Shown piece by piece: positions 37,255 to 46,893 of a DNA stretch of 64,000 nucleotides. The translations under genes were made by a program, and so were the position numbers. The notes beneath the pieces are model-generated. The model made no database searches, was not told the origin of the DNA, and saw nothing but the letters and a program-made list of their open reading frames with translations. The number at the start of each line of letters is the position of its first letter. Positions within the stretch are counted from its first letter, which is position 1. The stretch spans positions 53,103-117,102 of the IMG/VR virus record IMGVR_UViG_3300032330_001391. The stretch is one strand, 5' to 3'. Origin of the DNA: a virus. Its lineage: Duplodnaviria; Heunggongvirae; Uroviricota; Caudoviricetes.

Positions 37255-37444
37255 AACTTTCTAATTTAATCATTGCAAAATATTCAAAATCTGATATAGT
37301 GAATTCTTCTGTCCTACCAGGTGTAGAATTTAGGTATTCAACAATTACCTTATCTTTTGTTACATCTTTAACAATCATTGATACAGGTGCCAATGACCCT
37401 AAATCTAAAGTAAACTTTTTACCTATTATTTTTTCTTTACTCAT
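37247..37444 (-). CDS. small hypothetical protein
   Basis: 65-aa ORF. Confidence 0.35.
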   Translation of the reverse strand: MSKEKIIGKKFTLDLGSLAPVSMIVKDVTKDKVIVEYLNSTPGRTEEFTISDFEYFAMIKLESYE

Positions 37445-37450
37445 AACTTT

Positions 37451-37663
37451 CTATTTTTTAATGGGGTCAATACTTATTGGGAGACCGGATTCTGGGTTTG
37501 ATAAACATACATTATACCATCCAGGGATTAATCCATAATAAAAATATATTTGTCTAATGGTTACAGTTTCTAACCAATACCACCCATCATCAAATCTTCT
37601 AGGAAACCATAAAAACTTGGTTTTATATCTATAGTCACCATCCTTTGGTCTATTAATTTTCAT
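37451..37663 (-). CDS. small hypothetical protein
   Basis: 70-aa ORF. Confidence 0.35.
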   Translation of the reverse strand: MKINRPKDGDYRYKTKFLWFPRRFDDGWYWLETVTIRQIYFYYGLIPGWYNVCLSNPESGLPISIDPIKK

Positions 37664-37669
37664 AACTTT

Positions 37670-37876
37670 CTATTGTTTTATATGTTCATAAGCACCATCA
37701 GGACCAATCTGGAAATCATCTGATATATAAGGTTCAGTATTACCTATCAATCCTTTTAATCGTTTAATTTCCTCAATCACATCATCACCTAATTCAATCT
37801 TGAACATTAAGGTAAGGTCTATTACTTGACTTTCAAGTAGTTTTATTAGTTGGTCTTTTGCTTGTTCTTTATTCAT
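37670..37876 (-). CDS. small hypothetical protein
   Basis: 68-aa ORF. Confidence 0.35.
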   Translation of the reverse strand: MNKEQAKDQLIKLLESQVIDLTLMFKIELGDDVIEEIKRLKGLIGNTEPYISDDFQIGPDGAYEHIKQ

Positions 37877-38108
37877 CTTCTAGTTTTATCAATTCGTTAA
37901 TTAATTCTATAGACCATCCACTTGCTACTAATAATCCTTTCATAGCACCCATAAGGTCATATATGTTTGTATCCCACGGTAACTCTGCTGAGAATTTTTT
38001 ACCGTGAATTTCAATTGTTAGTATTGTTGGATTCTCTTTCATACTTATGTAATGTGAATTCATTATTGTTATAGATAATATAAGTGTTATTTTCAATCCA
38101 ATCCCCAC
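37869..38108 (-). CDS. small hypothetical protein
   Basis: 79-aa ORF. Overlaps the 5' end of the next gene in another frame. Confidence 0.3.
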   Translation of the reverse strand: MGIGLKITLILSITIMNSHYISMKENPTILTIEIHGKKFSAELPWDTNIYDLMGAMKGLLVASGWSIELINELIKLEDE

Positions 38109-38739
38109 AATTTATATATGTTACATCCTCTATCTTCTTTATCACTGGAAAATGTATGTGTCCACATATAACATTATTACAATTTCTCTTTTTTCCTTGA
38201 TATATTATTTGGTCTTCAAATGATGTGATAAATTTCACTGCTCCTTTTACTTTATCTTTTAGATATTTGGATAACGACCTCTTATATCCCAGTTTTTTTA
38301 AAAATCTATCAAACATAATAGCTATATCATACCCAACACTACCAATAATCCCTAACCATTTTAATTTAACAATACCATCATACAAATCTCCATGGGTTAT
38401 GAATATGTCTTTGTAAACATACTCATTATGAAATTCAATATTACCAAACGATATCTCACCATATTGTCTCAAAAATTCATCATGGTTTCCAGGGATGTAT
38501 ATTACTTTAGTTCCGTCCTTTGAATATGATAATATCTTCCTTAAGACATTAGTATTAGACTGAGGCCAATATATTCTTCGTTTTAATAACCACCCATCAA
38601 TAATATCACCAACTAAAAACAAATATTCTGGTTCGTATTTCTTTAATACTGTTAATAGTTCTTTTGGATTGCTACCTTTAGAACCCAAATGTACGTCAGA
38701 TATGAATAACGCTTCAATTTTTATTGTACTCTTTTCCAT
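38011..38739 (-). CDS. calcineurin-like metallophosphoesterase
   Basis: 242 aa. MPP motifs D-x-H (SDVHLG), GD (VGDIIDGW), GNHDE, plus downstream His motifs. Confidence 0.6.
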   Translation of the reverse strand: MEKSTIKIEALFISDVHLGSKGSNPKELLTVLKKYEPEYLFLVGDIIDGWLLKRRIYWPQSNTNVLRKILSYSKDGTKVIYIPGNHDEFLRQYGEISFGNIEFHNEYVYKDIFITHGDLYDGIVKLKWLGIIGSVGYDIAIMFDRFLKKLGYKRSLSKYLKDKVKGAVKFITSFEDQIIYQGKKRNCNNVICGHIHFPVIKKIEDVTYINCGDWIENNTYIIYNNNEFTLHKYERESNNTNN

Positions 38740-38795
38740 TTATTATAAATATTAATAAATAAAAACACTAAATTTAACAAAGTGTAAACAATTGT

Positions 38796-39410
38796 TTAAT
38801 CCCACCAGCCTCTAATGTCTCGATTCAGTAACTTAAATAGTAAATCTTGAGCTTTCATCTCATTATATCTCCCTACATTCATAGCAAGGTGTCGCTTATA
38901 ATCATCTCCATCTAATTTAAAGACCTGTAATGACTTATCAGCTAATACTTTTCTAACACTGGCTTTATACTTGTTAAGATAATCATCAAAGTTTTCAGAT
39001 GTAGTTTCTGTGTTCATTTCATAGCTATCTGGTCTATCAAGGCACTCAACGAATGTAGTCTTGATATCATAATAATCTGCATATTCCATTTGATAGTACT
39101 CATCTCGAACTTTCTCAATAAGCCTAGCACACAACCTCATTCTTTGAGCATCATATTGTGCTTGTGTATGTCTATCACGCTTACTAATATAAGCCGCTTG
39201 CTTAATTAACTTGAATTTGAGTACTTCCCAAATATAATAGTCATCCCAATCTCTATCTTTCCATATAACAGGAAACCAACGAATCAAGTTTTTAACACTT
39301 AATGTGAAGTTTCTTAATCTATAGCCTATTAGATCCCAATAGATGTCATCAAGCTTATCACCAAGCGCTCTTGGGTGCATACATTTTAGTATTTGGTTTA
39401 GTTTCAACAT
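38796..39410 (-). CDS. hypothetical protein
   Basis: 204-aa ORF. Overlaps a 66-aa K/R-rich ORF (39358..39558) by 53 nt in another frame. Confidence 0.4.
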   Translation of the reverse strand: MLKLNQILKCMHPRALGDKLDDIYWDLIGYRLRNFTLSVKNLIRWFPVIWKDRDWDDYYIWEVLKFKLIKQAAYISKRDRHTQAQYDAQRMRLCARLIEKVRDEYYQMEYADYYDIKTTFVECLDRPDSYEMNTETTSENFDDYLNKYKASVRKVLADKSLQVFKLDGDDYKRHLAMNVGRYNEMKAQDLLFKLLNRDIRGWWD

Positions 39411-39558
39411 TTTTATTTATTTTAGTTGGTTTACGACCACGTTTTTTATATGTAGTAGTTTCATTATTATCATCTCGCCCCCATGAGTCTGTTTGTCTTC
39501 TTAAAGATTTAAGAAATTGTTCTCTATGGATTGGATATAGTATATCTAGTTCTCGCAT
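39358..39558 (-). CDS. small K/R-rich hypothetical protein (may be a frameshift-fused N-terminus of 38796..39410)
   Basis: 66-aa ORF, KKRGRKPTK motif. Confidence 0.3.
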   Translation of the reverse strand: MRELDILYPIHREQFLKSLRRQTDSWGRDDNNETTTYKKRGRKPTKINKNVETKPNTKMYAPKSAW

Positions 39559-39935
39559 TATTCTGTATGTACGTTATAAAAGTAAATAAGATTATTATAT
39601 TCAACAAACATAACACCAATACTCTTGTCTTCTTCGGATGCTTTGATTGTTACATTGCATTTAATATTATCTTGGTCAGTGCAACGGTACATAGAGTAAT
39701 CTTTTTCGTCTGCGAGTTGTTCAATGTAATGAAATGTTTGCATTTTTTGACAATGTACTGTTATCACTCCTGATTGGATAGTAATAAGAATATTCACTGG
39801 TTGGTTTTCTGTTGTCCATCTTACACCAGCATCTTCTTTGTAACCGAAGCTTAGACTATAAGCTCGTATATAGGATTGTGCTTGTGTACATAAAGTACTG
39901 AGGATGAGTACTGCTGTGATTAATAATTTTTTCAT
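39558..39935 (-). CDS. secreted/lipoprotein candidate
   Basis: 125 aa with N-terminal signal peptide (MKKLLITAVLILSTLCTQA). Variant promoter upstream. Confidence 0.4.
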   Translation of the reverse strand: MKKLLITAVLILSTLCTQAQSYIRAYSLSFGYKEDAGVRWTTENQPVNILITIQSGVITVHCQKMQTFHYIEQLADEKDYSMYRCTDQDNIKCNVTIKASEEDKSIGVMFVEYNNLIYFYNVHTE

Positions 39936-39947
39936 TTTTTTATTTTA

Positions 39948-39985
39948 ATTAAATATAAGGATAAAATTTTAGGATTCCAAACTTT
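39948..39985 (-). promoter_or_regulatory. variant copy of conserved promoter
   Basis: attaaatataaggataaaattttaggattccaaactt. Confidence 0.4.
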
Positions 39986-40269
39986 TATAGTTTTTGTATT
40001 TCTTGTTTTACTTGTTCTCTATACCATTTAGCACCTTTTCTAAATCCATCCTTTATCCAACCTTCACTTCCACCACCCCAACTGATATTTCGGTGTGCTG
40101 CTGTATCTATTTCTTCATCAGATATTTCTTGCTGTTCCATTGGCAAATACGTAGTTTCAATTACCATTTCAATAGCTTGATAACACCTACCCCATTCTGC
40201 AGGTAATGGTAATTTACTTCTTTCTTCTCTCAACTGATTGAGAAGTTGTTGCATTGGTGTTTCTTTCAT
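39985..40269 (-). CDS. hypothetical protein with KGAKW-like motif
   Basis: 94 aa, ...GFRKGAKWYREQ.... Confidence 0.35.
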   Translation of the reverse strand: MKETPMQQLLNQLREERSKLPLPAEWGRCYQAIEMVIETTYLPMEQQEISDEEIDTAAHRNISWGGGSEGWIKDGFRKGAKWYREQVKQEIQKL

Positions 40270-40272
40270 ACT

Positions 40273-40467
40273 TTATTCTGTTTCTTTTATTTCTTGATGC
40301 TGTTGGGCTCTGTAGATACACTTTGATGTATGGTCTATAAACGCTTCAATTAAATCTACTTCAGCGGTTAGTGCTCTTAATTCTTCTCTTTTGTTACGCT
40401 CCATATTTCTATATTCGTCATATAAAGTTTTTAGAGTGTGTATATCTAATTTTAAATAATCTATCAT
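40273..40467 (-). CDS. small hypothetical protein
   Basis: 64-aa ORF. Confidence 0.35.
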   Translation of the reverse strand: MIDYLKLDIHTLKTLYDEYRNMERNKREELRALTAEVDLIEAFIDHTSKCIYRAQQHQEIKETE

Positions 40468-40586
40468 AATTTATTTTTATTTAATGTTTAAATAGACTGA
40501 CAATCAATCCTACAATAAGAAGTATAATAATACCACCTTCTATTGAAGCAAACCCATACAATATATCTAACCAAGTAATTTTATGT

Positions 40587-40844
40587 TTATTCATTATTTG
40601 GATTGTTTAAGTATTGAATAATATAATTTATATCTTCATCCCATACTTCTCTATCTGGAAACATAGCACCATAGCCTAACCCATGTGTTATAGCTTTTCT
40701 AACTTGCTCTTCAGTGTACATAGTTTGTTTAAGCTTATAAAATTCAGCGTCAATATAAAAAGCAGCATCATCTATTGCTTCATTAATTCCTTTATATTCA
40801 TTTAAAGAATTATGTATTTGTTCTATGATTTCTTCTTTAGTCAT
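40587..40844 (-). CDS. small hypothetical protein
   Basis: 85-aa ORF. Confidence 0.35.
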   Translation of the reverse strand: MTKEEIIEQIHNSLNEYKGINEAIDDAAFYIDAEFYKLKQTMYTEEQVRKAITHGLGYGAMFPDREVWDEDINYIIQYLNNPNNE

Positions 40845-41590
40845 AATTTACCTACTTTTACTTTTTCATTTGAATTAAATATAAGATATTCTTTTGAAGT
40901 TTCCAAACAATCAATGTAATAATATCTTCCTCCTGTAGACTTACCCTTTGCATCTATACTATCTACGGCTGTGTGCCCTACCACTTGAATTACCTTTTTA
41001 CGAAGTGTTTTGTGATTAGCAAATTGTAGAGAACGTGGCCTAATCCAAATTGGACTTTGTTGTACATCATCACCATATGGATCTAATCCAGCAAACTTAA
41101 AACTCTTTGGTTTATAATACCATAAGTCGTTTAGTTGGTCACTTATAGTTTCAACACTCCATCCACCATATCCAAATACGTGATTCATAAACACACTACT
41201 AACTCCAGCATGAGTGCAAAGTATATCATCAAACTGATATGCCATTTGTAAATGGTGTCTGTTTTCGTTTACTAAATGTTCAATATTAAATCTAGCTCCT
41301 GCCTGATAACCTGAGTATTGTTGATTTCCTATTTCTGGAAAGTAATGGAAGTCGTGATTACCTATTAACATAATGACCTCTGTCTTATGTTGGTTATCTT
41401 GACCATCATTAGTAAAAGCTGTTTCTTTATACTCAATAATATCTTTAAAATTCTGCATTTGTATTACAGCAGGCATATCATAATTGTCAAAGTAGTCTCC
41501 AATAAAGATAACCTTATCTGGATTTTCTTTGGCTACTATTTGTTTCCAAATATCTCTACCATGTGTATCACCAAGTATAATCGTTTTCAT
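40841..41590 (-). CDS. metallophosphoesterase (PP-lambda/Pnkp-phosphatase-like)
   Basis: 249 aa. GDTHGR, GDYFDNYD, GNHDFHY motifs of calcineurin-like phosphatases. Confidence 0.6.
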   Translation of the reverse strand: MKTIILGDTHGRDIWKQIVAKENPDKVIFIGDYFDNYDMPAVIQMQNFKDIIEYKETAFTNDGQDNQHKTEVIMLIGNHDFHYFPEIGNQQYSGYQAGARFNIEHLVNENRHHLQMAYQFDDILCTHAGVSSVFMNHVFGYGGWSVETISDQLNDLWYYKPKSFKFAGLDPYGDDVQQSPIWIRPRSLQFANHKTLRKKVIQVVGHTAVDSIDAKGKSTGGRYYYIDCLETSKEYLIFNSNEKVKVGKL

Positions 41591-41608
41591 ATTATTTGTT
41601 TTTTATTA

Positions 41609-42748
41609 TTAATGTGAATCACCCACATCATGTTTTTCTCCATAAATTAAATAGTCTGGATTAATTACTTTAGCTACTTTATGTCTATCTCCACTTATAT
41701 GTTTAATTACAATACCTTCGTGTGGTACTTTGGTTCCTTCAATAAAGTTATTGAATGTGAACTTATCTTGAATTTCTTGAGACCAATTGCCTTCATACAA
41801 AATAGGTGTCACAGGTAAATTCAACTCATACTTTAAAATATTGAGCTTTGTACTAACATCACAATAATTTCCATCCATGGTAACATCAAAACCAACAAAC
41901 TCAATACCTTTCAAACCATAATCATAATTTTTTTGGATTCCGGCTCCATAAATTTCTCCATAAATAACAATTCCTGATCCAAGATCAAGACTATACTTAC
42001 CTGATTTAAAGAACTCCCACAACAATTCTCTGATTGCATATTTTTCAGCAATAGTTTTCCAAACATCAGTTGAATAAAATCCTTGTGAATCAGAACCTTT
42101 TTCTACATTATGTGAACCATAAACATACTCAAATTCAACCCATTTATTTCCAAAGAAACGTCTTACTTTATCCCATAATGATAATTTATTTTTTCTAACA
42201 ATACCATAACGAGCATTTGTACCATGTACCTTGCGAGTGATTTCAACCACATCTTCTTCTGTAAACATTCCTGGAACATTCCTTGAATTAGGAAATTTAT
42301 AGTAAATACCAAAGTTGGGATTTTGATGGTATTTAATCTTTTTACCTGATGATAATTGTACTTCTACAGCTGGTGGTTCATATTTGAATATCTTTAACAC
42401 ATCCATCATATCCTCTCCTTCATCCCATTTAGTATTAGCATAACCAGTTGCCTTAGTAGCCATACTTATAGGTATAATTAAACACTCTGAATATGTTCCC
42501 CTTAATTTAACAGTACGTACACGTTGACCTTTACGTAAGTAATTAGTTACATTCATTGCATCTGAAAGCTCTTGAGGTATAACAGCATCTGTAGTTGCTA
42601 CTACAACTAATCCACCTTCAGCATATTGTCCTTTTTGTATAATACAATTCCATCCACCAACAACTGCTTGTTCAATATTATCTGCTCCAGGAATTGGTTT
42701 AATTTCGTTTATACGTGCTACATAGCACACACTATTTTGATTTTCCAT
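41609..42748 (-). CDS. RNA ligase, Rnl2-like nucleotidyltransferase with N-terminal OB/tRNA-binding-like domain
   Basis: 379 aa. Motif I KVHGTNARYG (compare T4 Rnl2 KIHGTN). N-terminal ARINEIKPIPGADNIEQAVVGGW resembles EMAP/Myf tRNA-binding OB folds. Confidence 0.55.
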   Translation of the reverse strand: MENQNSVCYVARINEIKPIPGADNIEQAVVGGWNCIIQKGQYAEGGLVVVATTDAVIPQELSDAMNVTNYLRKGQRVRTVKLRGTYSECLIIPISMATKATGYANTKWDEGEDMMDVLKIFKYEPPAVEVQLSSGKKIKYHQNPNFGIYYKFPNSRNVPGMFTEEDVVEITRKVHGTNARYGIVRKNKLSLWDKVRRFFGNKWVEFEYVYGSHNVEKGSDSQGFYSTDVWKTIAEKYAIRELLWEFFKSGKYSLDLGSGIVIYGEIYGAGIQKNYDYGLKGIEFVGFDVTMDGNYCDVSTKLNILKYELNLPVTPILYEGNWSQEIQDKFTFNNFIEGTKVPHEGIVIKHISGDRHKVAKVINPDYLIYGEKHDVGDSH

Positions 42749-42749
42749 G

Positions 42750-43016
42750 TTATTTGTTTTTATCTATTAAATTAAAGTCAGTACAATAAATTCTAACTTC
42801 TTCTATTTCAGTTTCTCCTGTTTTCCCATCCAGTACATGATATTCAATATACCCTTCATAATCATCAGGATACTTAGAAACATAAGGATACCAAACACCT
42901 CTTTTATTTTCTGGACCATAATAGTCATCTAATGCATCTATTACTCCATCAAATGTATTAGATGCAACAATTGGTTTTTTATATTCAGGGTGGTATGCTA
43001 CAAAAATGTATGTCAT
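42750..43016 (-). CDS. small hypothetical protein
   Basis: 88-aa ORF. Confidence 0.35.
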   Translation of the reverse strand: MTYIFVAYHPEYKKPIVASNTFDGVIDALDDYYGPENKRGVWYPYVSKYPDDYEGYIEYHVLDGKTGETEIEEVRIYCTDFNLIDKNK

Positions 43017-43017
43017 G

Positions 43018-43431
43018 TTATTTTTGTTTTACTATTTCTATTAATTTTTTAAGACATTCAAGTTCTGCTTCTTCATATGAATCACAAAATTTTGTTGTAG
43101 TTGGGTAATATTTTAATCCTATCTCTGATTTAATACTTATTACTCCTTGTCTATCATTACCTGCAAAACCTTCGTTTACCCATCCACTTATACCATGCTT
43201 CTCTCTAAACCATCTAAATGCTTGTTGGTAAAGTGGTGCTAGTATTGTAATTTCTGTCTGTTTAATATATTGACCAAACTCAAAAACCAATTCTGTTTCT
43301 CCTGAATTTGGGTTTAACATGGGATATGATTCCTTGTAATAATATCTTCCAAAACAAGGTTCATCAAATCCAATTGACTTCATATCAAGAGCAATCTCAT
43401 ATGATACAAATTCTTTTTCTAAATTATTCAT
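43018..43431 (-). CDS. hypothetical protein
   Basis: 137-aa ORF. Confidence 0.35.
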   Translation of the reverse strand: MNNLEKEFVSYEIALDMKSIGFDEPCFGRYYYKESYPMLNPNSGETELVFEFGQYIKQTEITILAPLYQQAFRWFREKHGISGWVNEGFAGNDRQGVISIKSEIGLKYYPTTTKFCDSYEEAELECLKKLIEIVKQK

Positions 43432-43433
43432 AA

Positions 43434-43724
43434 TTATTTATTTTTCTTAGGACGACCACGTTTACCTGTTTTATTAGACGTTGTTTTTTCGTTTATTTTT
43501 TTCATTTGGCGCTCTGTACGTCTATCATCTTTTGCTTGTTTTGCCCGTTTTTCCCAATTTTTATCAATATTATTTTTATAGGTAATATTAACCTCTACAG
43601 GACCATTTGATCTATCTAAATCATATTTCCATATAGTAATAGTTTCATCGTCTTCATAACGACGTTCAAACTTAGTTAAATTTTGGACCTCATTTTCGAG
43701 CTTTGGTCGACCTTGTTTTATCAT
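43434..43724 (-). CDS. small basic protein with AT-hook-like tail
   Basis: 96 aa, ends ...KTGKRGRPKKNK. Own promoter. Confidence 0.4.
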   Translation of the reverse strand: MIKQGRPKLENEVQNLTKFERRYEDDETITIWKYDLDRSNGPVEVNITYKNNIDKNWEKRAKQAKDDRRTERQMKKINEKTTSNKTGKRGRPKKNK

Positions 43725-43727
43725 AAC

Positions 43728-43768
43728 CTTAATTTAAATATGTTGTAAATATACGATAAAAAATTTAG
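43728..43768 (-). promoter_or_regulatory. conserved phage promoter
   Basis: taaatatacgataaaaaatttaggtagccaaatttt. Confidence 0.5.
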
Positions 43769-44001
43769 GTAGCCAAATTTTCTTTTTCAAAAAATCCTAC
43801 GCCTAAAGCTAAACACATCATATATAAACAGCTTCTATCATATCGTATCATGTCTATAAGTAATTCATCTGATATTGTGTTGAATGCCTCTAATGCTGTG
43901 TTAGGCGAATATTGACTATCTTCCTTGTCCAACATATGCTTTTGGTTTTGGGGTATGTTTATTATGAGATTTTTTAGCTTTACCTTTTTTTCTTTTACCA
44001 A
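43765..44001 (-). CDS. small hypothetical protein
   Basis: 78-aa ORF. Confidence 0.35.
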   Translation of the reverse strand: MVKEKKVKLKNLIINIPQNQKHMLDKEDSQYSPNTALEAFNTISDELLIDMIRYDRSCLYMMCLALGVGFFEKENLAT

Positions 44002-44018
44002 AAGATATCTTACTTACT

Positions 44019-44345
44019 TCACTTCTTGTTACTTTTGCCATTTTCTTTAATATTTTTTAATTGATTAATAGCGTCTACAATACGCCTACAATCTTCATAT
44101 TTTTCTTGTTCAATAAAATATTTTAAATTCTCTTCTAATGTTTCAATAAAAAATTTTCTCTCTAATGTCATATCTAATACTGAACCTTCCTCTAAGAGAT
44201 TAACAGTCATGATATGTACATTTTGTTTTTTAGTAGTTACATTATTAAGTATAGAATTAACTATAGATTCAGATATTCTAAAATCTTTACTATCTATAAT
44301 ATTTTGAAATTCTTCTGTGTTGTTTACTGTTAGTTCTAAGGCCAT
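44019..44345 (-). CDS. hypothetical protein
   Basis: 108-aa ORF. Confidence 0.35.
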   Translation of the reverse strand: MALELTVNNTEEFQNIIDSKDFRISESIVNSILNNVTTKKQNVHIMTVNLLEEGSVLDMTLERKFFIETLEENLKYFIEQEKYEDCRRIVDAINQLKNIKENGKSNKK

Positions 44346-44348
44346 GTT

Positions 44349-44505
44349 AAAATAATTTTAAAAATTTTAAACTTGTTTCTTTACTTTTCAATTTAGAAAA
44401 CTTCTCATCATTCTCAAGCATCTTACTAGCTAACTTTTCTAAATGTTTAGCCTTTTGAGTTTCATAATCCTTAATGACTTCTTGATGTTTTTTTACTTTT
44501 TTCAT
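44349..44505 (-). CDS. small Lys-rich protein (52 aa)
   Basis: MKKVKKHQEVIKDYETQKAKHLEK.... Below ORF-track cutoff. Confidence 0.3.
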
Positions 44506-44519
44506 CTTATTAATAAATA

Positions 44520-45191
44520 TTATAAGTCATTTACTCTACGCTCTTTATTTCTGGATACTAATGAGTATGGATCATCCTCTACTTTATTATCATATAGTCC
44601 CAGTTCTTCTAATCGTTTCTTTGTGTAATCGTCTACTTCCCAAGTTGGTAATTTTTCTCTTGTTGGTAAATGGTCTTCCATTTTCTCTATTTGTTTGTCT
44701 TCAAACACATTACCTTGATATAGGAAATAACAATTATAACATAGTAATTGTATATTACTTGGTTCCCAATGTTTTTTATTACCATCTTTAAAATGTAACA
44801 TGAGTGGCATCTTATAATCAAGTACTCTACGCTCATGAAACCCACACACGTTACATTCTTCTTTTAAGTAGCCTTGTTGAATCATCCTCTGTTTTATTTT
44901 TTGAGGATTAAATGAAGATGGATCTTCAGTTCCGTCTATAATTTTTTCTATACTTGGTTCATTTTTACCCCAAGGTCTATTACTTAAAAATTTAGGTATT
45001 CCTTTACCTGATGGATTCTTATGTTGTTCAAATAAATTAGAATATGCTGGATCTGTCGCCTCATAGAACTTAGCCCATTTCTTATAATGTATGTAACTGC
45101 AATTAAGGTACCTACATGCTGCTCGATTTGATTTAGTTTGGCTCATTGCAGCTAATATGTCTTGTTTCGATAACGGACGAGCTTTAGGCAT
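44520..45191 (-). CDS. HNH endonuclease (homing-endonuclease candidate)
   Basis: 223 aa. CNVCGFHE...H..DGN..HWEPSNIQLLCYNC arrangement typical of the HNH fold. Confidence 0.65.
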   Translation of the reverse strand: MPKARPLSKQDILAAMSQTKSNRAACRYLNCSYIHYKKWAKFYEATDPAYSNLFEQHKNPSGKGIPKFLSNRPWGKNEPSIEKIIDGTEDPSSFNPQKIKQRMIQQGYLKEECNVCGFHERRVLDYKMPLMLHFKDGNKKHWEPSNIQLLCYNCYFLYQGNVFEDKQIEKMEDHLPTREKLPTWEVDDYTKKRLEELGLYDNKVEDDPYSLVSRNKERRVNDL

Positions 45192-45194
45192 GAT

Positions 45195-45452
45195 TTATTC
45201 GTTTGGTATGTCTAATCCTGATGATAAGCGTTTTCTAAATTTATTTTCTTCTGTTTTGTACTTAACATAATCCTCATGATCTAAAACTACAGTTTCAGTA
45301 TATGTGTGATCACCTTCACCTCGTTGAATTATAACAGGCTTTTTAGTTTGTACGTCAGAACATTTTACACATGTGTGTGTATTAGGTAATATTTTTAATC
45401 TAGCAGATGGAATTTGTTCTCCGCATTTGCAATATTTGATTACTTCATTCAT
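45195..45452 (-). CDS. small zinc-ribbon protein
   Basis: 85 aa, CKCGEQ...CVKC. Confidence 0.4.
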   Translation of the reverse strand: MNEVIKYCKCGEQIPSARLKILPNTHTCVKCSDVQTKKPVIIQRGEGDHTYTETVVLDHEDYVKYKTEENKFRKRLSSGLDIPNE

Positions 45453-45841
45453 GATTTATTAATTGTATTTAAAATTTTATTTATAATTTTCCATAATTCG
45501 TTAGGTGTTTTAATTATCATCTCTACAGGTTCTTTATCTTCTTCTTCATATATGAGTGGATACACCTTTCCATCTTCATCCACTCGGTCATACAAGTACC
45601 AAAATACAATTTCACTCACAACCTCTCCATACTTTATCAAAAATAAGTTTTCAATTATTTTAATAAAATATTCTTCATAAGAATAAATATCAATACTAAA
45701 ATCTCCATATAATAGATCTGATCGTTTGAGACAATGTTCTAGTAATGTAATTGTTTCAATAAATACTTCTTTTTCTTTTTTGACTCTAATTGTTTTAGAT
45801 TCTTCTAATTTGATTCGTTGTCCGAAATTTCTTATATCCAT
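45449..45841 (-). CDS. hypothetical protein
   Basis: 130-aa ORF. Confidence 0.35.
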   Translation of the reverse strand: MDIRNFGQRIKLEESKTIRVKKEKEVFIETITLLEHCLKRSDLLYGDFSIDIYSYEEYFIKIIENLFLIKYGEVVSEIVFWYLYDRVDEDGKVYPLIYEEEDKEPVEMIIKTPNELWKIINKILNTINKS

Positions 45842-45992
45842 AGTCGTTTTACGCTGTATATTTTTAAGAATGATTTTAAGGGTAATTGTTTTTTATTAGC
45901 AAAATACTTTGCTGCTTCTAATCTAGACAAGCTAACAACTCGATTAATTATCTCTTGTTTAGAGTCTGATTTAATATAGAATCCGTGTACCA
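45832..45992 (-). CDS. small hypothetical protein (53 aa)
   Basis: MVHGFYIKSDSKQEIINRVVSL.... Stop overlaps the start of 45449..45841. Confidence 0.3.
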
Positions 45993-46008
45993 TTTTAATA
46001 TAAATAGG

Positions 46009-46893
46009 TTAAATAATTTCATATTCAATTTCGGTATTAGCAAAACCCCAACTATCATCATTTTGTGATTCTGTAAACCACTCTACCCATTCCCAAGGAT
46101 CATTATACAATTGAGGTAGTTTTTTAGCGTTATCATGAAGTGTGTCTAAATTTCCACCTTGAGGAACCATATTTTTATGAGATAAATGATATAACGGTAA
46201 ATCAAAATGTGCCTCTAAACTATATCCGTTTAATACTGATTTTTTCTGGATGTTGGTGTCTCCGAAACAAGCATACAACATTTGTTCTTCAAATCCTTTT
46301 ATTTTATGCCATACATCTCTGTGAGCTAGTTGGAAGTCCCCACAGCAGTTAATTAAACTATATTTATCATTAGGAGTTACTTGAGCAGTAATGCATCTAG
46401 GTATACTCTCAATATCCATTTTGTTTCTGAATTCTTTCCAATTTTCAAATCCTATTTTTTCTAAATTTTCATATTCTGCTTCTCTTCGTGAAATAGAATA
46501 AAAAGTATTTTTATTCGCTTTGGATACAAAACTATCTAAATATTCTTTTTTAGGAGCAATAATATCAATAACAGTACTAGTAATCCAATCAGCTGTGCAT
46601 CTACGTAATAGTATATTTTGAGCTAAAATAAAAGCGTAAGGACTAATATTTTTATTTTCTTTAGTTATTTCATTTACTACTTCTTCTGGAATTATAAAGT
46701 GTTTTATTTTCCCTGTTTTTGGAATTTGGTCTTTCAGCTTCCATAGAATGGGTCCACTATTTGCTGGTGAACCCCAATCACAGAATAATACCTCATCAAA
46801 TGTTTCAACCATTGATGATAAACATACTATTATTCTTTCATCTTCTTTATATCCATCATTGCGGCAGCCTAGTACCGCTCCTTTTGTTTCCAT
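46009..46893 (-). CDS. hypothetical protein of the glycan island (possible glycosyltransferase-like)
   Basis: 294-aa ORF. No confident motif. Confidence 0.35.
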   Translation of the reverse strand: METKGAVLGCRNDGYKEDERIIVCLSSMVETFDEVLFCDWGSPANSGPILWKLKDQIPKTGKIKHFIIPEEVVNEITKENKNISPYAFILAQNILLRRCTADWITSTVIDIIAPKKEYLDSFVSKANKNTFYSISRREAEYENLEKIGFENWKEFRNKMDIESIPRCITAQVTPNDKYSLINCCGDFQLAHRDVWHKIKGFEEQMLYACFGDTNIQKKSVLNGYSLEAHFDLPLYHLSHKNMVPQGGNLDTLHDNAKKLPQLYNDPWEWVEWFTESQNDDSWGFANTEIEYEII

